Origin: Ascoidea asiatica JCM 7603 | Lineage: Eukaryota > Fungi > Ascomycota | NCBI GenBank assembly: GCA_001600695.1 | Contig: BCKQ01000004.1 | Location: 417,583-481,582, forward strand | DNA: 64,000 nt | Reading direction: 5' to 3' | Shown: positions 55,374 through 64,000 of the stretch, one piece after another | Layout of the letters: each line of letters opens with the position of its first letter | Position numbering within the stretch: the stretch's first letter is position 1 | The notes under the pieces: model-generated | The model's database searches: none | What the model was told of the DNA's origin: nothing | What the model saw: only the letters and a program-made list of their open reading frames with translations | Made by a program: the position numbers and the translations under genes

Positions 55374-58300
55374 CTACTTTAATTTATATAGCTCAATGTA
55401 TTCATTTTTCTTGACATCTTTTGGAAAATCATGAAAATTATGCTGATATGTAATGAAAATTAATCCCGTATCGGAATAAATTTTTATATGTAATAAAGAA
55501 TTACAATTATTATAAAACAATGGATTTTTAATATGAATTCTTTTGCCTGAGCCTCTTGAATTCCTCATCAACTTTTTATCCTGAGAACAACTAAATTTAA
55601 CTGTAAAACTATTGGAATTTGATTTAAAACTTGTTCTAACAACCCAATTGAACTGAGTGATTTGGTTAATTTTTTGCCTATAATCAACTTTAATATAATT
55701 GAATATATCCTCCTGGTTATTATTGAATTCTAAAGTAATTGGATCAATAAATCGTGTTTGAACTAAAACATTATTGTTTTTAAAATTATTATTAGCCAAA
55801 TATGCTAAAAATTGATCAAATGAAGATAATAAGACTGCTCCTTGAATAGAAGAATCAAAATGATGAAGATGATGATTTACTTTGGAATTATTTAATTGAG
55901 GATCTTGTTTAATTTGTTGAGTTGAGATTAAATACTGTTCTATCAACTGGCTTTTACATATTTCACAAACAAATAAATTATATTGATCTCCTTTCTTGAG
56001 TTTATTTGAATCTATTTTAAATTTATTAGAACATAAAGAACAATTTAATTCCAGTAATTCTTGATTATTTTGTACAACCACTGAAGGAATACTTTGAGAA
56101 AATTGCGATTTAAACTGTGAGGACACTTGAATATTGGATTTTGATTGTGAATTTGTAAGGTATTCTTTATTTTGAATTTGCTGATCGTTTTGAATATACT
56201 GATCGTCTTTTTCTTCTTGATTTTTAGTATCATTCTTTATAGTCATAGAATTTTCCCAATTACCATTCAAATCATTACTATTATTGATATTATTATTGCT
56301 ATTATTTTTGACATCATTTAAGTTTGTGTTATGAAAGTCGGTATTAATATTATTTATTTCATTGTCAGGATTACCACTATTATTTTGTAGATCAATGAGT
56401 TCACTTTTCTCTGATATAAGTCCAATACCTAAAGGAGAAGGACTTTCATTAAAAAGTAGCATATCCTCATTCAAATTCAAATTTATATTTAAATCATTCA
56501 TACTATTAATTCGATTAATTTCAGTAATGCTTTCATTATTGATATTATTTTTATTTCTATTATTTAATGAAGATTGTTTATCTTTTCTTAAAGGTCTATT
56601 TAAAATGTGAAATGAAGAAATATAATCCTGATATGGTTTTTTTTTTTCATTTTTTTTTTGAATTTGATTAGAACTTAAATTCATATTCATATTCATATTT
56701 AGATTCATATTTAAATCATTGACGAAAGAGTTTTTTGAATTTGTTGAATTAGTGGAAGGAGATGTTGAATTTGTCATTAAACTTGAATTATTACTTATTA
56801 TACTCGAATTCATACTTGAAGTTATACTTGAATAACTTGGAGTTCTGCTATGAGATAAAGTATGATTAGTATGATTAGTATGGTTATTATGTGAATTGTT
56901 TGTACATTGGCTATTTAGGTTATTATGGTTGGAATGAGTGTTGTTTGTTTTTGGAGTAGATCGAAAAAGATTTATATTATCTTTAGTAATTCTAAATTTT
57001 GAGGTTAAAGAAGTATATGAGGGCCCTTTTTCTCTTCCACTACTAGTATTGTTATTTTTTTTATCATTGGTAGCGCTAATATTAGAGTTAAGATTATTTT
57101 TATTTTTATTGTTTTTATTGTTATTATTGTTATTACTATTACTAATATTATTATTTAGATCATTAGAATCATTGGTGTCAATATTAATATTAGAATTATT
57201 ATCATTAAAATTTTTATTATTATTTATAGTATGATTGTTATGACTATTATGATTATTATTATGACCAAAGAAAAAACTAGAAGTATTTGAACGAGATAAA
57301 GAATTTGAGATTGAATTTGAAATGGAATTGGAAATTGAATTAGATATAGAATTTGTGATTGAATTTGTGATTGAATGAGTATCAAAAGAGTAATTAGAAT
57401 GATTAGTTGAATTTGTAGTTGTTTGAGTTATTGGAGTGAAACTTAAATCTTGAATTTGATCAGAATCACAATTGAAATAATTTGCAATTAAGGAAGAATT
57501 TAGATCTGAGGTTAAATTATTATCGAAATTTTCATTATTAATAATATTAGTATTATTATCAATATTGTTTTTATCCTCATTCAGATTATTAATTTGATAG
57601 TTATTTTGATTATTATTTATGTTATTAATTACCTGAATATTATTAAGATTAATGTTAATATTATCTAAATTATTATCAAGATTATCAATATTAATATTAT
57701 TGAAATTATTTGATTGATTTGATTGATTTGATTGATTTATTGGATTGAATTGTGTTAACTGGTTTATATTGAAATTATCTAATTGATTGAATTGATTAAA
57801 TGAAGTAAGATGATTATTTTGATTGTACTGGTTATATTGATTGGTTTGATTGATTTGAGATGTTTGATTTAAGTTAGCTAAGTTATTGATATTATTTATG
57901 GAATTTAAATCATTTAAATTATTTAGATTACTTAAATTATTAATAGTGATGTTATTCATATTCATATTAATATCATTATTATTATTAAGGTTATTTAAGT
58001 TATTGAAATTATTCAAAGTATTAAAATCAGTCATTTGATTAAATGTATTGGAGAATTGAATTTGTTCCAAGGAAGGTTCTTCTTTCAATTTTATTTGATC
58101 GTTTGGATAATTTTCGTTATTACTTTCATTACTAGCAATTATTGAATTTTCATCTTCATTAGCTTTTTCGTTTTCATTTTCATTTTCAATATTAATTTCT
58201 GTTTCAGTTTGATTTTCATTTTCCAGTCCTATTTCTAGTTCATTCTCCAGTCTAATTTTAGTATCATCAACATTTGAAAAATCTTCATTTAAATTATTTG

Positions 58301-58556
58301 GATTATCGATTTCATTAATTATTGTTAAATTATTTCCATTTCTATTTCTAAATCTATTTCTATTTCTGCTTCTACCTCTATTTTTACTTCTATTAGATTG
58401 AGAATCAGATTCTTCTATATCTTGATTTTGAAGTAGGTCTTCATTTTGATTTGAATTAGCGTTTTTATTATTTAATTTTTGAGAATTTTTATCAAGATTT
58501 GATAAATTAGAAGATTGAATTCTAAATTTAGTGCAATAATTATTGAAAGATTTCAT
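55374..58556 (-). CDS. Uncharacterised 1060-aa Asn-rich protein with C-terminal C2C2 and CCHH (WRKY-GCM1/FAR1-like) putative zinc modules
   Basis: Long ORF, mostly low complexity. C-x2-C-x21-C-x2-C at about 55955-56042 and C-x27-C-x20-H-x2-H at about 55431-55589. Confidence 0.7.
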   Translation of the reverse strand: MKSFNNYCTKFRIQSSNLSNLDKNSQKLNNKNANSNQNEDLLQNQDIEESDSQSNRSKNRGRSRNRNRFRNRNGNNLTIINEIDNPNNLNEDFSNVDDTKIRLENELEIGLENENQTETEINIENENENEKANEDENSIIASNESNNENYPNDQIKLKEEPSLEQIQFSNTFNQMTDFNTLNNFNNLNNLNNNNDINMNMNNITINNLSNLNNLNDLNSINNINNLANLNQTSQINQTNQYNQYNQNNHLTSFNQFNQLDNFNINQLTQFNPINQSNQSNQSNNFNNINIDNLDNNLDNININLNNIQVINNINNNQNNYQINNLNEDKNNIDNNTNIINNENFDNNLTSDLNSSLIANYFNCDSDQIQDLSFTPITQTTTNSTNHSNYSFDTHSITNSITNSISNSISNSISNSISNSLSRSNTSSFFFGHNNNHNSHNNHTINNNKNFNDNNSNINIDTNDSNDLNNNISNSNNNNNNKNNKNKNNLNSNISATNDKKNNNTSSGREKGPSYTSLTSKFRITKDNINLFRSTPKTNNTHSNHNNLNSQCTNNSHNNHTNHTNHTLSHSRTPSYSSITSSMNSSIISNNSSLMTNSTSPSTNSTNSKNSFVNDLNMNLNMNMNMNLSSNQIQKKNEKKKPYQDYISSFHILNRPLRKDKQSSLNNRNKNNINNESITEINRINSMNDLNINLNLNEDMLLFNESPSPLGIGLISEKSELIDLQNNSGNPDNEINNINTDFHNTNLNDVKNNSNNNINNSNDLNGNWENSMTIKNDTKNQEEKDDQYIQNDQQIQNKEYLTNSQSKSNIQVSSQFKSQFSQSIPSVVVQNNQELLELNCSLCSNKFKIDSNKLKKGDQYNLFVCEICKSQLIEQYLISTQQIKQDPQLNNSKVNHHLHHFDSSIQGAVLLSSFDQFLAYLANNNFKNNNVLVQTRFIDPITLEFNNNQEDIFNYIKVDYRQKINQITQFNWVVRTSFKSNSNSFTVKFSCSQDKKLMRNSRGSGKRIHIKNPLFYNNCNSLLHIKIYSDTGLIFITYQHNFHDFPKDVKKNEYIELYKLK

Positions 58557-59139
58557 CTTAAGTTGAAATCAGAAATCAGACCTACTTTAGTATAATAATT
58601 CAAATCAATAATAGTAAGAGTCTAAGAAAAGTTTGAGATTTATTTAAATGATTGTCTAGGATCCGGAAAATAAAGGATTTAAAAATTTTGCTTGGTAGAA
58701 TAATTGATTTTGAATGATTTAAGTAAATTTTAACAATTTTTGGTATATTTTTTTTTTAAGATTAGCTCAAATCTTGAGTGAAATCTAAAGCTTGAGCTAA
58801 TTAAAATGGTCCTCTGTTTTCAAGCTGCTCTTAATATTTAACATTAGGAATTTTAAGATATTTATGATTTTCTCAGTATGACATGCTTTCTTTCCTCAGG
58901 TACCGAATTTCCGGTCTCCATCCAAAAAGGGGACACAGTTGTTTTTACCAGAACTAGGTCAGCTGACAACTGTTTTTGCTCGGATGTTGTTTTGTTTTAT
59001 TTCCTGTTCTGATTATTTACGGAAAGTTCCCGATTAAGAATGTAAAAGTTTTTTAAAAAAGTAGAGCAAAGCAAAAAATACACTGTATACAGTTAATTTA
59101 TGTTTCTTAAAAAATATATATGTAGGTAAATTATTAATT

Positions 59140-59572
59140 TCGTATAAGTCACGTTGTTTTAATTCTCTGAACAGAACCAGCCCCATGATTCTAATTATTT
59201 CGTTTAATACTCTCGATTTTTAAACGATAGTCACCTGACTTATCTTTTTTTTCGTTTAATTAATGGATTTAAACGAGAATATAAGAACATTTTACGTATT
59301 CGTCGTACCAAGTTGGTTTATCTGCTAGAGAATGCACTAATCCACTGCTTATGTGATGCATGATACTGTCTCACTTACCGCTAAATACCGCGCAACATTT
59401 TTTTGTTGGAGAATTGTGCTCTGGCCAGTCTCTACCTGCGCTCAATGCAAACTCTAATTTTGCTGGCATTACCCTCGAGTTACGAGCCTGGAGATCTCCC
59501 AATCAGTCCACAAATTCGCCATATTATCGAAATCACTTTGCAGTGGGTGGTGGTTTGAGCCTGGATAAACGA
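59140..59572. promoter_or_regulatory. Cluster of Upc2/Ecm22-type sterol regulatory elements upstream of ERG25
   Basis: TCGTATA at 59140-59146; TCGTTTA at 59201-59207 and 59252-59258; TAAACGA (reverse complement) at 59221-59227, 59270-59276 and 59566-59572. Confidence 0.75.
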
Positions 59573-60055
59573 GCGACATCACTATATTTTTGCAATGCTT
59601 TGGCATGTTGATATATTCGCTTACATTGTTTATCACTTTTAATCTTCTTCCTCAACGTTATTAGTGTAATTTTACAATAATTTCGTGAGCTTACTTTTTG
59701 TTCGATATTCTTTACACCGATATTATTATTCTCTTCTCAGATATCAAATCATTTTATTAGCCTTATTTTTATTTATTTTGCAACTGTTCATTACTTTATC
59801 ATTTTATCATTTTATTACTTTATTAGATATTAAATATTTACTTTTTTGAAATTTTTAGTTTTGTTTCCTTATCATATATATTCCTAAGGATTCTTCTATA
59901 TTTTCAATAAGTTCATTCTTATAATTATTTCATTTATATTATTCATTTATCATTTTTTTTTTCTTCATTAAATAAATTCAACTTTCAATTAATTTGTTTT
60001 AATTCAATATATATAATAAATAATATAAAATATAAAATATAATAATTAATTCAAA

Positions 60056-61045
60056 ATGAATTCAACTTCAATATTATCAAATGAAATATTTTCAGTTTTC
60101 AATACTGTATCAAATGTATTTGATGGTACTTCTTTATATTCTCAATCAATAAAAGGTTCATCATTTTATGAAATCTATTCAAATATAAATAATTTAAATA
60201 GTATGAATGATTTAAATTTAAATGTTTTAGAAAAATTATGGTCATCATGGTATGTTTATATGAATAATGACGTTTTAGCAACAGGTTTAATGTTTTTTTT
60301 AATTCATGAATTATTCTATTTTGGTAGATCATTACCATGGATGATTATTGATCATTATAAATTATTCAATTCATATAAAATTCAAGCAACTAAATTACCA
60401 AGTGATAAAGAACAATGGGAATGTTTAAAATCTGTTTTAAAATCACATTTTTTAGTTGAAGCTTTACCAATTTGGACATTTCATCCAATATGTTTAAAAT
60501 TAGGTATTTTATATAATGTACCATTTCCTTCAATTCAAAAAATGTTTTTACAAATTTGTTTCTTTTTTTTTGTTGAAGATTTATGGCATTATTTATTTCA
60601 TAGATTATTTCATTATGGAATTTTCTATAAATATATTCATAAACAACATCATAAATATGCTGCACCTTTTGGTTTAACTGCAGAATATGCTCATCCAATT
60701 GAAGTTATGTCTTTAGGTTTTGGTACTGTTGGTGTTCCAATGATTTATTCTCATTATATGAGAGATTTACATTTATTCCCAGTTTGTCTTTGGGTTGTAT
60801 TAAGATTATTTCAAGCTGTTGATTCTCATTCAGGTTATGATTTTCCATGGTCTTTAAATAAATTTTTACCATTTTGGGCTGGTGCTGAACATCATGATTT
60901 ACATCATCATTATTTTATTGGTAATTATGCTTCAAGTTTTAGATGGTGGGATTTCTTATTAGATACTGAATCTGGTCCAGATGCTAAATCTAATAGAGAG
61001 AAAAGAATGAAAATGAGAGCTGAAAGAAAAGCTAAAAAATTATAA
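60056..61045 (+). CDS. ERG25: C-4 methylsterol oxidase
   Basis: [15 protein letters not shown], His boxes [20 protein letters not shown], plus AEYAHP and [13 protein letters not shown]-terminal lysine-rich ER tail. Confidence 0.98.
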   Translation: MNSTSILSNEIFSVFNTVSNVFDGTSLYSQSIKGSSFYEIYSNINNLNSMNDLNLNVLEKLWSSWYVYMNNDVLATGLMFFLIHELFYFGRSLPWMIIDHYKLFNSYKIQATKLPSDKEQWECLKSVLKSHFLVEALPIWTFHPICLKLGILYNVPFPSIQKMFLQICFFFFVEDLWHYLFHRLFHYGIFYKYIHKQHHKYAAPFGLTAEYAHPIEVMSLGFGTVGVPMIYSHYMRDLHLFPVCLWVVLRLFQAVDSHSGYDFPWSLNKFLPFWAGAEHHDLHHHYFIGNYASSFRWWDFLLDTESGPDAKSNREKRMKMRAERKAKKL

Positions 61046-61666
61046 TCTACAAGTTGATAGATACTATTAAATAATATTAATCATCATCATCATATATAAA
61101 CAAACACCTTTTAATATACTATTAGAAAAGTAAACTATACAAATATACTAATAAACTAACCAATTAATGAATATAACTTACTAATACCTATGTAATGCAT
61201 GATACACAAATCAGCTATTGATTAAAACATCACATTTAATAATTTTATCTAACTTTTACTACCAGTAGTATTATTACTTGTTTAAAGAATAAATAAACGA
61301 GAAATCAGCAATACACACCACGTGACTTGATATTTTTGAAGAATTACGTTCTCCAGCCTTAAACAGAAAATAAATTCGGATTACCAATCTCGAGTGGCGT
61401 ATGAGCAGCTTGAATTTGCCCCTTCCGATTCGCTTCGTTTAGAAAAAACACTACCAAGGCCATTACCACCGCCACGGTACCTTAGCGTTACTCTTCAGCC
61501 AAACATCAATTGCAATAGAGACATTATTGAAAAATGGTTAGCACGGATAGTGATAGTAATTGGTAAACTTCAGAGCTTGAATTCAAAAACAATTGAAATT
61601 GAAATTGAAATATGAATAATCTAAAATTTCATATATTATTGGTGTAATCTCCAAATATATTTCAAA

Positions 61667-62992
61667 ATGATCATTTCTCAAATAATAGCTTTGTCAGTAT
61701 TTATTGGAATAATAAATGCTTCTCCTGTTCCTGAACCTGCTGATAAAATATCACTTTTTCAACCGGCTGAAACTACCGTTATTGGTGATTCAAATTCAAA
61801 TTCAAATTCTTTTTTAAAATCAAATCTTTTGAAATTATATAAAAGAGAACCTGCAAGAGATGTGATTGCTCCAAAACCTAAAAAAACAAAAGAGGAAGAA
61901 GAAGCAGAAAATAAACCTCCTGAACCTTGGGTTAGAACAATTTATTCTTCAATTGTTGAAGTTGTTAATCCAACTGTTATTGATGGAATTACATTTTCTG
62001 CAAAACCTCCTGAAGATTCTAATGCTCCAATTCCTTGGATTTCCTTAAATAATCAAGGTAGACCAAAAACAATTAAACCAAAAATTCAAAATGGTTATAT
62101 AACTAAAAATGCTTCTCCAGATTATTCAACATGGTTTAAAACTCCAGTTACAAAAACTTTAGATCAAAAAGAATTAAAAGCTCATAATTTAAAAGATAAT
62201 GATAAATTAGAAATTATTGAATGGATTGATGAAGATAAAACTTATGTTAATTTAAATCCAATTATAAGATGTACACCAAATAGATATAAAAAAAAGGGTA
62301 AAGCTAAAGTTATTTCAAGTGAACCATTTTGTACTCCAAGTGAAGATTCTTCACTTGATTTAAATAAAGCGTATTTTGTAACTTGGTATACAAAATTTTT
62401 TGGTGATGCTGAAAAAATTAGATTACATTTAGCTTATGTTTCTGAAAATGTTTATGAAAAAAATTATAAAAAAAAAAAAAGAGATGAATTAATACCAACT
62501 GGTGTTGATAATGCATTTTTTTCAACTGATTGGTTAAAAAATAAAAATGGTGATGGAATTTATCCATTATTTGTTAATCCTGATTGGATTGGAGATAAAA
62601 AAGCATATGAAAAAATTATAATGACTTTGCAACCTGATACAATTCAAGATGATGATTTTGATTTACTAACAAATGGAACTGTTGTAAAAATTCGTAGAAG
62701 AGCTGTTGTAGATAAATCTGAAAAATACAGAGATTATGCTGGTGGTTTACTTGGTCCTGATGATGATAAATATATTATAATGATGGTAATGCCAACTGTT
62801 GTTGTTGTATTTGGTTGTATAATGTATTTTATGTTACAAGTTTGTGCAAAAGATAGAGATATTTCGGATATTAGAAGAAGTGTATTAGGTAAAAAAATGC
62901 ATAAAGATTTAGGTGTCTTTAAATTATCTAAAACTAAAAATAAATATTCTAAATTACCAGAATATGATAAATATCAATTTAAAAATGTTTAA
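61667..62992 (+). CDS. PSG1: Pma1-stabilising Golgi protein Psg1 (YKL077W-like)
   Basis: Signal peptide, PEPWVRTIYS...PTVIDGITFSAKP, PWISL...G.PKTIKP, LNPIIRCTP, PFCTP, YFVTWY, KR sites, C-terminal TM. Confidence 0.88.
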   Translation: MIISQIIALSVFIGIINASPVPEPADKISLFQPAETTVIGDSNSNSNSFLKSNLLKLYKREPARDVIAPKPKKTKEEEEAENKPPEPWVRTIYSSIVEVVNPTVIDGITFSAKPPEDSNAPIPWISLNNQGRPKTIKPKIQNGYITKNASPDYSTWFKTPVTKTLDQKELKAHNLKDNDKLEIIEWIDEDKTYVNLNPIIRCTPNRYKKKGKAKVISSEPFCTPSEDSSLDLNKAYFVTWYTKFFGDAEKIRLHLAYVSENVYEKNYKKKKRDELIPTGVDNAFFSTDWLKNKNGDGIYPLFVNPDWIGDKKAYEKIIMTLQPDTIQDDDFDLLTNGTVVKIRRRAVVDKSEKYRDYAGGLLGPDDDKYIIMMVMPTVVVVFGCIMYFMLQVCAKDRDISDIRRSVLGKKMHKDLGVFKLSKTKNKYSKLPEYDKYQFKNV

Positions 62993-63251
62993 TCAATTAG
63001 TTTATTTCTAAATCAAATTAAATCAAAAATCAATTACCTGAAAAAATGAAACGTTTCAATCATTATGCATATATCATCCTTAAATGGAATAAATACCTTT
63101 CCAACTTGTATTTCAATAAAATTATCCTTTTCTCTTTAATATATTTTCATAATTCAAATTTTAGTAGCTTTAAAGTATTTCTTTATGATGATCCAACTCC
63201 GCTCTAAAAGCGCTTTAACTTTAATTTATTTTGTCGGATTTAGTATAAATA

Positions 63252-63259
63252 CCGGGTAA
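63252..63259. promoter_or_regulatory. Reb1-type site CCGGGTAA upstream of ATG12
   Basis: Exact match to the reverse complement of TTACCCGG, about 210 nt before the proposed ATG. Confidence 0.5.
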
Positions 63260-63470
63260 CCACGCTATCGTATATATTTTGTTTATTTCATTTCGAAAGA
63301 GAACAAACAAAGTGGAATAGCAATATTAAAAATAATTGAAAGAAATAACTATTCAATATTTTAGAAAAAAAGAATTTATTTGAAATCGTCTCTTTCACTG
63401 TTTTTAGATTAACTTCTATTTTAATTACATATATCAGTAAAATTATTGATGCTGATGATTGATTGAAGAA

Positions 63471-64000
63471 ATGAGTGAAGGAAGAAGTACGTATGATTAA
63501 TTCTTTCCATTTTTTAGTTAATTATACTTTTTCTTATTATTATTAGATTTTAAAATTATTAACATTTTTTATCAAATATTTATCAATCAATTCAAGAATT
63601 AAATTTTTCATTATTTCAATATAATAATAAAAATAATCAGAATGAAATTAAAGATAAAAAATTAGCAAAATCTAAAATATCTACTACAAATTCTATAATT
63701 TTAACAAAATTACCTGAAAACACAGCAAATGTTTTAAATAAATTAAATAATAATTATAATCTAGAATTAAAAAATAAAAAGGTTATGATCCGATTTCAAG
63801 CTATTGGATCTGCAAAACAAATAGAACCAAAACTTTTCAAAATTTCGAGTAATCAACCTTTTAGTACAATTATAAATTTTTTAAAAAAAAAATTAAAAAA
63901 AGTAAAAGAAATTAATCCTAATTCAAATTTGAATAATGATTTATCTGTATTTTGTTATTTGAGAAATAGCTTTGCTCCAAGTCCTGATGAAATAATTGAC
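63471..64000 (+). CDS. ATG12: Ubiquitin-like autophagy protein Atg12 (partial; probable intron 63487-63596; absent from the ORF track)
   Basis: Frame open from 63563 encodes KISTTNSIILTKLPE...KVMIRFQAIGSAKQIEPKLFKISSNQPFSTIINFLKKKL...VFCYLRNSFAPSPDEIID. The exon 1 / intron model is less certain than the gene identity. Confidence 0.88.

Overview
Very AT-rich eukaryotic genomic DNA from a budding yeast (Saccharomycotina). The gene set is yeast-typical, introns are rare and of the GTAAGT/TACTAAC/AG type, and poly-Asn tracts are pervasive. The style resembles a filamentous, low-GC lineage such as Ascoidea, but that is an unverified guess, and CUG decoding cannot be assumed. About 28 protein-coding genes are present. 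Recognisable ones: CKB2 (partial), CNL1, MLH2-like, a CECR5-type HAD hydrolase, a gephyrin/CnxE Moco insertase, FAR3-like, NMT1, UPS1, AIM22, ZRC1/COT1, SFG1-like, BIG1, PHO4, PEP12, a CBS-PB1 (Mug70-like) protein, MSM1, LYS9, an HDHD3/DPI35-like HAD, SEN15, a Zn2Cys6 factor, CDC24, CYC2, SRP14, ERG25, PSG1 and ATG12 (partial). The most notable points are: (1) two separate VelB-type velvet regulator genes about 38 kb apart, one with an intron the ORF track missed, in a subphylum whose model species lack velvets; (2) a molybdenum-cofactor insertase; (3) a 1060-aa Asn-rich orphan ending in a C2C2 finger plus a WRKY-GCM1/FAR1-like CCHH module, divergent from ERG25 across a cluster of sterol-response elements; (4) inverted base composition, with GC-rich, motif-dense promoter islands inside extremely AT-rich coding DNA. 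No tRNA, rRNA, CRISPR array or intact transposon was recognised. Gene identities come from recalled family motifs, not from database searches.
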